NCBI GenBank assembly: GCA_002269645.1
Contig: NIVC01000421.1
Coordinates: 434,001 to 498,000 of the forward strand
Length of the DNA stretch: 64,000 nucleotides
Source: Macrostomum lignano
Lineage: Eukaryota
Direction: 5' to 3'
Position 1 is the first letter of the stretch. Each line of letters starts with the position of its first letter. The notes beneath the pieces were generated by a model that was given only the letters and a program-made list of their open reading frames with translations, was not told where the DNA came from and did not search any database. Made by a program: the position numbers and the translations under genes. Shown here piece by piece: positions 12,301 through 22,955 of this stretch.

Positions 12301-15300
12301 GCGTGTGCGGCAAGGACACCTATAGGCTTGTCACCAGTCTTCTGGCCCCAGTTAAGCCTTCAGAGGCTTCCTTCGCTAACATCTGCAAAAAGCTTGACGA
12401 TCACTGGGACCCAAAGCCGTCAGAGATCGTGCAAAGGTTCCACTTCTACCAGCGCGTTCGAGAGAGCTCGGAGTTCGTGGCCGACTTCCTGGCGGCACTG
12501 CGGCGTTTGGCTGTCCACTGCAACTTCGGTGACAGCTTGAGCACCATGCTGAGGGACCGTCTGGTGCTTGGCATCCAAGATGATCGCATACAGCGCAGAC
12601 TCCTGTCCGAGACAGAGTTGGACCTGGACAGAGCACTGGCGATCTCCCAGGCGGTGGAGCTGGCAACCAAGGGCTGCAACTTGGTCAAGGGCTCGTCCTC
12701 AGGAACTCCGCAAGCCGCCTCGGCAGCATCGGTAGACCAAGTCGGCCAGACCAATGCGGTAACGACTCAGCGACCTGCGAAAAGGTGCTACAGGTGTCTG
12801 TCAGCGAAACACCTGGCGGTGAAGTGCCCGTTCATGAAGAAGACCTGTTTCAAGTGCGGCAAGATGGGGCACACCGCTGCAGCCTGTCGAGGAGGCGCGG
12901 ATTCGGCTGGAGCTGAGCCGCGGTCGCAAGTCGCCGCCGTGGAGGAGGAAAGCCAAGACTGCTGCTCCCTGAACACCTTGCCCAGTGCAGCTGCCAAGGT
13001 ACCGCCGTACATCACCACGGTCCTGCTCAACGGAGTGTCCTGCCAGATGGAGATCGACACGGGCGCGGCGGTATCGCTGATATCGGCTAGAGCCTATCAC
13101 GACCTGCTGGGCGGGGCTCCTGAGCTCGAGCGCACCCCGATTCGACTGCGGAACTATTGCGGACAGCCGGTCAGCGTGCTCGGTCAGATCAGCGTGTCTG
13201 CAGAGATTCCAGGTAAAGCCAAGCAGCTTCTTCCTCTTCTAGTGGTATCTGGATCCGGTTCCAGCCTCATCGGTAGGAACTGGCTGGCTGTGCTGCCGTT
13301 GAATTGGGGGAGCGTCAAGCAGCTGCCCGAAGCGTTGGCTCCAAAGGATCAGCAAGTGCAGAAGTTGCGAGAGAAGTTCAGCCCCGTTTTCTCGAGTGGC
13401 CTCGGCTGCTACACGGGTGAACCCCTGAAACTGCGAGTGAAGCCTGGGGCGCGACCCAAGTTCATGAAGGCGCGGCAGGTACCTTTCGCCTTGAAGTCCA
13501 AGGTGGAAGGGCAGCTCGAGCGGGAGATTCAGCAGGGCATCCTGCGGCCGGTCTCCGATTCGGAGTATGCGTCCCCAATCGTGCCGGTGCTGAAGTCGGA
13601 CGGCTCCGTCAGAATCTGCGCGGATTTCAAGTGCACGGTAAACCAGGATGTGGAGATGGACTGCTACCCGCTGCCAAGGATTGAGGAGTTGTTCGCCAAG
13701 CTCACCGGCGGCCAAAAGTTCACCAAGCTGGACCTCAGCCAGGCATACATGCAGCTTCCGCTCGACGAAGAGTCTCAGCGCCTGTGCACCATCAACACCT
13801 CGAAGGGTTTGCTGAGGTATACGAGGCTACCGTTTGGAATCTCACCAGCAGTTGGAATCTTCCAGAGAACCATGGACGGCCTGCTGCAAGGCGCACAGCA
13901 TACGGCAACCTTTATTGATGACGTGTTGGTGACCGGCGCCGATGACGCTGAGCACCTCGAGAATCTGGAGACCGTCCTGCAGCGCCTGAAGGATGCTGGG
14001 CTGAAGTGCCGGCTTGACAAATGCCGCTTCATGGAGAATTCGGTGACCTATTTGGGGCATCGGATTGACGCCCAGGGCCTGCATCCGATGAGTGACAAAG
14101 TCAACGCGATCGTTGACGCGCCGATGCCAAAGGACGTCACGCAGTTGCGCAGTTTCTTGGGCCTCCTCAACTATTACGGCCGGTTTCTGCCGAACCTGTC
14201 CAGCGTTCTGGCTCCTCTGCACCGGCTGCTCGAGAAAGGAACTGTCTGGCGATGGGGCGAAGCGCAGTCCGATGCTTTTCGGCGCAGCAAGGAGCTGCTG
14301 CTGAGCTCGCAGGCGCTTGTCCATTTCGACGTCAAAAAGGAGGTGATTCTGGAGTGCGATAGTTCGCCATACGGTGTCGGGGCCGTCATCTGCCACCGCA
14401 TTGATGGCCTTGAAAGGCCGATTGCCTTCGCGTCCCGATCGCTCGCCGACGCCGAGAGGAACTATTCGCAGACAGAGAAGGAAGCCCTGGCGATCATTTT
14501 TGGGATCAAGCACTTCCACGCCTACCTCTATGGCAAAACCTTTGAGCTCAAGAGCGACCACAAGCCGCTACTGGGCCTGCTACACGAGAGCAAGGCTATT
14601 CCACCACTTGCTTCGGCTAGGATCCAGCGTTGGGCTCTGCTGCTTTCGAACTACTCGTATCGGCTGCAGTATCGCAAGGGAACTTCGCTGCTGCGGGCTG
14701 ACGCTCTGAGTCGGCTGCCGCTGCCGACAAAGTCAGTGGAGACGCCGTCACCGGCTGAGGTAGTGCTGCTCATCGATGCGTTCAATGAGGGACCCGTGAC
14801 GGCTGCTCAGGTTCGCGGCTGGACAAGGCGGGACCCGCTGCTTAGTCGAGTGCTGCGGTTCGTGCAGGGTGGATGGCCAGAGCGTCCACGGCTGGATTCG
14901 GAACTGCAGCCGTATGCAGTTAGGGCGGCAGAGCTGAGCTTGGAGGACGGCTGCCTGCTGTGGGGCAACCGTGTGATTGTGCCGGTTCAGGGACGACAAG
15001 CGCTGCTCGATTGTCTACATCAGAGCCATCAAGGAGCTTCAAGGATGAAGTCCCTGGCCCGAGGATATTTCTGGTGGCCGGGATTGGACCGGGACATCAA
15101 GCAGATGTCGCAGAACTGCGGCGAGTGCCAGCGTCATCAGAACTGCCCGCCGCCAGCCCTCCTGCAGCCGTGGCCGTGGCCGGACAAGCCGTGGTCCCGG
15201 ATCCACATGGACTACGCTGGACCATTCGAGGGAAAAATGCTGTTAGTACTAGTGGACGCTCATTCCAAATGGATTGAAGTCCACATTTGCCAGTCAGCCA

Positions 15301-18011
15301 CCAGTGCTGCCACCATCGATCGGCTGAGAAGGACTTTCAGTCAGCTGGGATTGCCAGAGGTCGTAGTGAGCGACAACGGTCCGAATTTCGTGAGCCAAGA
15401 GATGAGCAACTTCTTGGCCAGTAACGGCATCCGGCACATCAAAGTGGCTCCATATCATCCATCGTCCAACGGATTGGCCGAGCGAGCGGTCCAGACGGTG
15501 AAGGCGGCCCTGGCGAAGGGGCGGCCGGCGTCCCTGCAGTTTCGGCTAGCTCGGTTCCTGCTGACCTACCGGGTCACTCCGCACAGCACAACCGGTGCTC
15601 CACCCTGCCAGCTGATGATGGGCAGGCAGCTGCGGACGCTTCTAGACATTGTGCGGCCCGATGTCTCTGCTACAGTCAGGCGCAGCCAGGACTCGCAAAA
15701 GGAGTACCACGACCTGCGAGCCAGGGATCGCAACTTCGAAGAAGGCGACGGCGTCCTGGTGCGCGACTTCAATGGTATGGAGAAGTGGGCGCCGGCCTCC
15801 GTGAGCCGCCAGACCGGGCCGCTGTCCTACGAGTGCCGCCTGCCCGACGAGCGCATCGTGCGGCGGCATGCCGACCACCTGGTGCCGGCGTTCATCCCAC
15901 CTGAGCAAGCGGCAGGATCGGCCCAGTCAAGTGGGGCGACGCCACAGCTCCTGACTCCGTCGGTGACAACGTCTGAAGCGCCACCTCCGCCGCCATCGCT
16001 GCCACCGCCGCCGCCGCCGCCCCCGATGCTGCGGCATTCGGAGAGGACTACAAGGGCACCGGATCGACTGACCTACGAGTGAACTTGATCTGACAGTGAC
16101 TGATTGTTTTTTTTGGGTGGTGGGTTTTTTTCTTTTTTTGTTGCAAGTTCTGTTGCTTTTGTCTTGGCATGGAGGGATGTGATAGCTTGGCCTGCGTGCG
16201 CGCTGGGGGTGGGGCTGGGTTGCGTTGTTTTGGTTTCTCTCTCTCTCTCGCTGCATGTACTTGCTAGCGCGGGTTGGGGGGGGGGTGCGGTGAGTGTGCC
16301 GATCGATAACAAATAGTTCAATATAAAGCAGGCATTCTGGCCTGCTATGTTTTTCGTGCTTTTGAGCCAAAATAAAGTTTTGTCTTGACTTTATTTCAGA
16401 CAGGGAGAGAGGAAGGCAGGGAGACAGGGAGACAGGGAGAGAGGAAGACAGGGAGAGAGGGAGAGAGGGAGACGGAGACAGGGAGAGAGGGAGACAGGGA
16501 GACAGGGAGGGAGACAGGGTGGGAGACAGAGAGAGAGGGAGGCAGGGAGAGAGGGAGACAGGGAGAGAGGAAGACAGGGAGAGAGGGAGAGAGGGAGACG
16601 GAGACAGGGAGAGAGGGAGACAGGGAGGGAGACAGAGAGAGAGGGAGGCAGGGAGAAAGGGAGACAGAGAGAGAGGGAGACAGGGAGACAGAGAGGATAG
16701 AAGTATGCAAAGCAATAAAACACAAGTACAAATAAAAAGCAGCTCGCACACAGACGTGAGCAACTCACTCGCCGCAGAGAATCTCTCCCAGACACAGAGG
16801 CCTATTACCGAACGGGTCTCTGACAGCGTAGATAGAATCGCCAGTCAGAATCAGCAGGCTATATGACGTGGAGCATTTGGACATGAAATAGGTGATCCGT
16901 TCGGTCCAGCACTGGCTAGGAGATCTGGTGCACAGCATCTGTGTGATCAACTCGCTATCCGTGTCCGTGCTCAGACCAATACCGGCTTGTAGTATTTCAG
17001 ATTTTAATCTGTTAGCATTCACCAGTTCGCCATTGTGGGCTACGGCAAATTGGCCGCAGGTTGTTTCAACAACGAACGGTTGACAGTTGATTGATTCTGA
17101 GGCGCCCAGGGTGGAGTATCTGGCGTTATGGTGGCGGCGGATGGTACAGATGTATAATATATGCTGTACCTTGTTAGTTTGCTGTCTGTTTGGTTGAGGG
17201 CGATTCTTTGATAGGTGATTCTTTGAGGGGCGATTCTTTGAGGGTGATTCTTTGAGGGGTGATTCTTTGAGGGGTGATTTTTCGAGGGGCGATTCTTTGA
17301 GGGGCGATACTTTAAGGGGCGATTCTTTGAGGGGCGATTTTTTGAGGGGCGATTCTTTGAGGGGCGATTTTTTTAAGGGGCGATTCTTTAAGGGGTGATT
17401 CTTTGAGGGGTGATTCTTTGAGGGGCGATTCATTGATGGGCGATTCTTTAGTTGGCGATTCTTTAGTTGGCGATTCATTGAGGGGCGATTCTTTGAGGGG
17501 TTATTCTTTGAGGGCGCTGTTTTGAGGGGTGATTCTTTAAGGGGCGATTTTTGGAGAGGCGATTCTTTGAGGGGCGATTCTTTGAGCAGATTTCCAGGGC
17601 GATTACTGAGCGATTCTAAACAGACTTAACTGCCTACTGAGTAAGTAGTAAAACACAAGCAACCAACCGAGTATGCCCGAGGCCCAAACGCCAAACTGGC
17701 TTATCGGCGCCTAACAAGGAAGCCAACCGTTCAGGCGTGAAGGCCTGCGCCACCAGGCCCATGCCACGCTGCACAGAGATTTTTGGCCCGCCATCTGACA
17801 CCACTAATCCAGCTGACTCCTGACCTCTGTGCTGCAGAGCAGTCATGCCTAACACTAATAAGTCTAACATGGAACTTGTATTTCTGTAACTTGCTCCGGC
17901 TATCGTAGCTTCAGAGTTGATGCCACTGTTAAATAAAATGGCGCCATATACACCGCAAGATTCGCGTAGAGCAAATTCCTGATCTTCATTGTCAATAGCG
18001 TCCAAGTCCAT
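9345..18011 (-). CDS. PPAT: Amidophosphoribosyltransferase (glutamine PRPP amidotransferase), 5 exons, about 526 aa
   Basis: Exons 18011-17668, 17119-16769, 11581-11290, 10294-10154, 9797-9345 with phases 2,2,0,0. Motifs: LRESCGVYG (Ntn Cys after the propeptide), [61 protein letters not shown] (PRPP loop), HIRIASPP...[19 protein letters not shown]. Confidence 0.97.
9840..10075. repeat. 27-bp minisatellite (gaggctggcccagcaactgaggatctg) in PPAT intron 4
   Basis: Direct reading. Confidence 0.9.
10540..11100. repeat. 24-25-bp minisatellite (cttctataatgactctaaaggggg) in PPAT intron 3
   Basis: Direct reading. Confidence 0.92.
11929..16398 (+). mobile_element. Full-length Ty3/Gypsy LTR retrotransposon in PPAT intron 2, antisense to PPAT
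   Basis: 221-bp LTRs at 11929-12149 and 16178-16398 with 4 mismatches. GACAG direct repeats flank it (11924-11928, 16399-16403). PBS tggcgacgaggatgg at 12151-12165 is complementary to the 3' end of a tRNA-Ser(GCU)-type tRNA. Short PPT ggaggga precedes the 3' LTR. It is inserted in a GA-rich simple repeat. Confidence 0.97.
12162..16082 (+). CDS. Gag-Pol polyprotein, 1306 aa, uninterrupted
   Basis: Two CCHC knuckles ([28 protein letters not shown]), protease IDTGA, RT (YPLP, LPFG, FIDD), RNase H (CDSS, EKEALA, SDHKPL), H2C2 zinc finger and integrase ([20 protein letters not shown]). The RT-RH-INT order is Gypsy-type. Confidence 0.97.
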   Translation: MATGPLCSIGPFEPETEDWPQYKERIEQVFIANEIESEEKKRAVFLSVCGKDTYRLVTSLLAPVKPSEASFANICKKLDDHWDPKPSEIVQRFHFYQRVRESSEFVADFLAALRRLAVHCNFGDSLSTMLRDRLVLGIQDDRIQRRLLSETELDLDRALAISQAVELATKGCNLVKGSSSGTPQAASAASVDQVGQTNAVTTQRPAKRCYRCLSAKHLAVKCPFMKKTCFKCGKMGHTAAACRGGADSAGAEPRSQVAAVEEESQDCCSLNTLPSAAAKVPPYITTVLLNGVSCQMEIDTGAAVSLISARAYHDLLGGAPELERTPIRLRNYCGQPVSVLGQISVSAEIPGKAKQLLPLLVVSGSGSSLIGRNWLAVLPLNWGSVKQLPEALAPKDQQVQKLREKFSPVFSSGLGCYTGEPLKLRVKPGARPKFMKARQVPFALKSKVEGQLEREIQQGILRPVSDSEYASPIVPVLKSDGSVRICADFKCTVNQDVEMDCYPLPRIEELFAKLTGGQKFTKLDLSQAYMQLPLDEESQRLCTINTSKGLLRYTRLPFGISPAVGIFQRTMDGLLQGAQHTATFIDDVLVTGADDAEHLENLETVLQRLKDAGLKCRLDKCRFMENSVTYLGHRIDAQGLHPMSDKVNAIVDAPMPKDVTQLRSFLGLLNYYGRFLPNLSSVLAPLHRLLEKGTVWRWGEAQSDAFRRSKELLLSSQALVHFDVKKEVILECDSSPYGVGAVICHRIDGLERPIAFASRSLADAERNYSQTEKEALAIIFGIKHFHAYLYGKTFELKSDHKPLLGLLHESKAIPPLASARIQRWALLLSNYSYRLQYRKGTSLLRADALSRLPLPTKSVETPSPAEVVLLIDAFNEGPVTAAQVRGWTRRDPLLSRVLRFVQGGWPERPRLDSELQPYAVRAAELSLEDGCLLWGNRVIVPVQGRQALLDCLHQSHQGASRMKSLARGYFWWPGLDRDIKQMSQNCGECQRHQNCPPPALLQPWPWPDKPWSRIHMDYAGPFEGKMLLVLVDAHSKWIEVHICQSATSAATIDRLRRTFSQLGLPEVVVSDNGPNFVSQEMSNFLASNGIRHIKVAPYHPSSNGLAERAVQTVKAALAKGRPASLQFRLARFLLTYRVTPHSTTGAPPCQLMMGRQLRTLLDIVRPDVSATVRRSQDSQKEYHDLRARDRNFEEGDGVLVRDFNGMEKWAPASVSRQTGPLSYECRLPDERIVRRHADHLVPAFIPPEQAAGSAQSSGATPQLLTPSVTTSEAPPPPPSLPPPPPPPPMLRHSERTTRAPDRLTYE
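16399..16695. repeat. GA-rich (gagacagg/gagag) simple repeat, continuing 11820-11928 across the LTR element
   Basis: The same motif lies on both sides of the element. Confidence 0.9.
17200..17600. repeat. 15-bp minisatellite (gattctttgagggg[c/t]) in PPAT intron 1
   Basis: Direct reading. Confidence 0.9.
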
Positions 18012-19414
18012 TGTTTGTAGACTGGCTCGATGAAATTTACAAATGCAAAATAAATTTACTAAGGCTGCTATTATATACTTTCTTGCCGTCAGTCTATCTA
18101 AGCAGTACTTAGTGACTATGTCACAAATGGGGCATTGGTACTTCTTGTAACTGGTTGTTACAGTTGCGAGAATGTAGTCTCTATGCTCCATAGATAGCGC
18201 AGAATGTATCTGTGACACTCAATGCCCATCAACTTTAGACAAAGGTATTCAGTGGCCTAGATACAGATATGGAAAATGTGTATTTTCATAAACATATCCA
18301 TATAAATATATTGTCTAAAAACCCCCATATCAGTAACTTCTCATAAACATACCAATATATGTAACTATGGTAGAACTGTTATGTGCTCAAGTATGTAGGC
18401 ATACCAATTCATTTTCTCATTTGCATAGGACACTATCTTGATAGACCCTAGATAGAAAGTTCATGGACAAAACATTTGTTTATAATTAAGCAAGAATGAG
18501 AATAGTCAATGCTGGTTTGGATCTATTGCCTAAGACAATATGAGATCTTAGTACACATTTATATAAAAGTATTTCCTTGTAAGTCAACTATAAAATATAA
18601 TATTAATTATAAATAAATATTGACAAAATTGACAAGAACTCTGAAAATATCTTTTTTTCTTACTATTTATATTGTTATTGTGATATAGGGATACAATGAA
18701 CTTTGCATTAGGTTGCCTACACTGAATTATTGACTCACTAGCAATGGCCATTGCTATTGACTAGCTTAGTGATTTGAATAGCATAGTATTCAACCCTTTA
18801 AATACATGGGACCCCATGCACATATGCATACATCCATAAGAACTAGCCAATCTAGCTGGCTGGCAATAGCCCCAGCCAAGTTAAGTTACAAAAATGCCCA
18901 GCCAAAAATAGACTAGTACTAATTAGATTATGAGGCATTTAGATTTAATAATATCTAGCTATACTAACTCCCATTGTTTACCAAAACTTACATTAATTGG
19001 CTTAGGTTTCTTTCATAGGTAAGTTGGATTTTTGGTTAAAAAAATTGCATAGCCAGTGCAAATCAAAGAGGTTATGCATGCATATATATGTATATATCTA
19101 TTTATATGCACTACCTTATTGCTAAATGAATAAATAAGATCAGCTAAGCTCATAAACAAGCACTTTTCTCCCTTTTACAATTCAATAGTATAAATATTAC
19201 CTTAGTTAGCTCATATTAGGTTATTATAGTTATATAACAAAGTTTGACTTTTTCTATATATAAATTTGTAATAGTTTATTGTTAGACTTTCTACCTCTTT
19301 TTTAGTTTACTGGCTATTTGCTAATAGCTTTTATCCCCTCATATTTAATATAAATGGAAAACATATTAAACTTTGCATATAATATTCAAACCAAAAAAAT
19401 CATATACATAATAC

Positions 19415-20518
19415 CAGTGTTGGGCACTTCCGTTACCGAGTAACTTGCAAATGGTAACGCAAGTTACTTTTTCGTAAAGCGTTCCTTACGCAAGTTACTT
19501 TTTTATTTTAGTAACGGAGTAACGGTAAGTTACTCAAATTTCGGAAGTCCGTTACAGTTACTTTGCAACAATCGCAATATTTAAATTAAAAACTGAAATG
19601 CTTAGCTAGTACGCCGGTTGTCACATGTTTTTGCATTTTTCATTCATAAATTCAAAATTAAGTGAATAGTATCATATGGTATTGCGTTTAATTAATGAAG
19701 AAATACTTGAAACATGTATTACTTTGTTAATATTGGTAAAATATTTTCGCCTTTCATTGAGGCTTTTCATATTACCAATTCCAGAATCAGAATCGGTTCG
19801 GATCTTCCAAGAAAAACAGCAGTATAACTATTTAATTCTGTTGAATGTTTGACTGCCTTAACAACCTCACATAGCACAATTTTTCACTTTCTTCTTAGCG
19901 ATTTTCATTCAATAATAAAAACTTTATAGCACGTATCTCCCTCTAGTTATGGAGACAAAAAGTTATACTTCACAAATTGGTTCTGATTCTGGAACCAGAA
20001 CTAGCTATATGAAAAGGCCCATTTTCGTTACTAAAAATTTTCAAGTTTGATTCAAACAAACAACCAAAGAAAGAAATTCATCTGTAGCCTCCACAAGTCC
20101 CTCCACTGGCACTGCAGTACACTACACCATTTTATACAGTTCTATTTATTTTACTCTATTGAATTATTGATATTCGTTTATTTTATCATTTATAATTTTA
20201 ATTATTGATTGCCATTGCCCATTGGTCCTTCTATTTGCCTCACATCGTGTCGCCAATTCCTGTCTCTGTCTGTTAATCGGTTAATCCCAATGCCCAATGG
20301 CAAATTTCGGTAACAACAATGTGAAAAAATGTGCAATGTGAAAAAAGCAGAAAATTTTGTTAATAACATGGGTAACGGAAGTGAGTAACGGACAGTAACT
20401 TAAAAGTTACCAGGTTTTTGTCTAAAGTTACTAGGCTAACGTAAGTTACTTTTTAAAAATTGGTAACTTAAGTTACAGTAACGCAAGTTACTTTTTTTAA
20501 GTAACTTGCCCAACACTG
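19415..20518. mobile_element. hAT-type non-autonomous element (MITE), 1104 bp
   Basis: TIR cagtgttgggca / tgcccaacactg, perfect 8-bp TSD cataatac (19407-19414, 20519-20526), subterminal gtaac/gttac repeats. It contains a further internal inverted pair at ~19760-20020. Confidence 0.9.
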
Positions 20519-21203
20519 CATAATACATATATTTAAGATCATTAAGCAATAGAAATAATTGAATAATGCCAATCGATTTTTGATACTATATGCATATTAA
20601 TATAATTGTAACAAAAGGAGCTAAAGTTAAGATCAAAACAATCCTAGCCATTTTTGTATATGTAACATTTATATTTGTTAATGAGTAATAGACTAATGGG
20701 TGAAACTATTAGTATCATTTTTATTTCCTCACTATATTATTAAATATAAGATAAAAAAGCTGTTAGCATTAAAATTAAGGTATCTATGCTTTTGGTACCT
20801 AGTATTTCTATATCCCAGTTTGCTAATTTGCTTTTTGATACCTAAATCATAAATTATAACTAAGATATCAAAAATAGAAAGTGGGCTCTAATCTAACAAT
20901 AAATGCTCTACAATATATTACTCTAAATAGCAAAGTATTATTTAGGAAGAGTAATTTGCTTAATAAAAAGTATGAAAAACAGGCCCCAATGAATATCAAA
21001 AAAACTTATTTAAAAAATTTATTTACCAAAGCATTTACATCATTTTTTCATTACAAAGTGGCTTATAAATATATTTGGATCAATAGTCAGTTTAATTTGC
21101 ATTTGAAATCATATGTCTGCATTATATTTTGTTCAATAAAAACTTAGGTTTATTATTATTATAAGAAGTGATAGAAAAAAAGAAAGTAGTATATGCCTTA
21201 ACC

Positions 21204-21718
21204 TAGGGGTCAACAATCTTTTTTCAGTGTGAGCCAGATTAAAAAACTGGCAAAGGCAGCAGGTTAGAAAAAAATGGTCTACACAATAAATTGTGGCTAT
21301 AAATGACACTTTTAGATATATATGCACAACCTTAAGAATCACTTGGCTATTTTTATTGGCAACACACACATGTATGTCGCTATTGGCTAAGAGTAGTCAC
21401 GTGACTTATATGTACGTATTGCCAATAGAAATGGCTAGATGAATCCTTAGGTTGCGTGGCTGCGCCCAAGTAGGTTTTAGATAATTAGACCAAATATAAC
21501 CAACAACCTTATAGTTATAGTTAAAACTAATATAGGAATGACAAGATAAAAGCTAATTTTACTTGCAAGTTAAATTATTTCAAAAAAAATTTATTTGCAG
21601 GCCACATTTACATTGTTAAATAGGTCCTAGTGAACATAAGCTAGACTTGAATGTTTTACAAGCTAGATCTGGCTCATAGGCTAGATCTAGCTCATAAACT
21701 AAAGTTTGCCAACCCTTG
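21204..21718. mobile_element. Old hAT (Charlie-like) MITE, 515 bp
   Basis: Imperfect TIR taggggtcaacaatcttt / aaagtttgccaacccttg. The 8-bp TSD ccttaacc / ccttaact matches at 7 of 8 positions. Confidence 0.7.
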
Positions 21719-22955
21719 CCTTAACTTATTGAATCGAATTAGCAGCTAGCAACTTTTATAGGCCTAGCTAATTGATTATTCAAATTAGGCTTAGTATTAT
21801 TCATTCATTTAGATTTTGAAATAAAATAATATTCAAAATTATTTTTTATATTGACATGCTTTTTAAGATTGAAATTAAGTTTCTTTTCGTGACATTTACA
21901 GTTGTGTCTTCAAATTAGACATTCATTAGGCATCTTAGCATTAACAAAAAAACTCAAGGGGGGCGGGGCGTACTATTTTTTATATAATAAAAATATTGAT
22001 TCAATATCTTATTCTTAACTTTTAAATCACAAAATACTAAATCTCTAAATATAGGCCATATCCTAAACTTGATCTTAGATACAATTTTGCATCTTAGCAC
22101 TAGAAAAAAACCTAGGTTTAAAAAGTTTGGCATTCTTTCGTCTTACAATGCCTGCTATGCATTTCAATGGGACGGCCCCTGTTCGTTTTACGATGCCCAT
22201 AGAAAGCATATAGCATAGGCGTGATGGTGTAGTTTCTGTATAATTTTCGTTTTATGGCTAGGGCCTATACATGTATTTTGTATTTTGTATACTTGACGGA
22301 TTGTTGTTCATAAATAAAAGTCAAGCTATAATATCCGTTTCGTTTCGCGATGCCCCAGACGTTGTAATTATTCATAAGGCATCGTAATGCGTAAAATAAT
22401 TAAACGCGGGAATCTTCAGGATTGCCCAAATTAAATAGCAGAAAATATCTAAAACGCCATAGCAATAGCAGGCTTCAGAGACTAGGATAGGACAATATTA
22501 TTAAGTGTCATCTGGCTCCTGGCTTATGGGTAAGCCGCAATTGTACTGCATAATTTGAGCCTTTATCGCACGTATTTTAAAATTTAGCTACCATCTAAAG
22601 TATCTAAATTTTTTGTAATTATAATTTAAACTTCCAGATGAAAAACTTCAGTAGTAACGTATTTACCAAATCAATTCAGAGATATTCAACTGACGTTGTT
22701 TAAATATATAAAAATTTACACTAGTCGTCAATCACTTCACTCCAGCTCCCGAGAGTATATGGCTTCAATATTGAGATAGCAAAACTTGTGTTAATTATTG
22801 TTGCATTATTGTTACGTAGATATCTTTTTTAAGTATAGAAAATGTGGTTAAACGCATATGGTGTCTAACATGTTATGTACCTGTGGAGTACACATGTGTA
22901 TGTATTTATGTATTTATACTGTACAGGACACACAATTGGGAAACATCCTTATTAG

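Noticed and set aside
17634-18218. ORF-track N-terminal extension of PPAT (MSQIHSAL...)
   Set aside because: The Met at 18011 gives a short acidic propeptide before the Ntn Cys as expected for PPAT. The upstream stretch has no family resemblance.
22145-22225. Imperfect hairpin (gcctgctatgcatttcaatggg / cccatagaaagcatatagcataggc) as an ncRNA
   Set aside because: No recognisable RNA family motif; more likely a MITE remnant.
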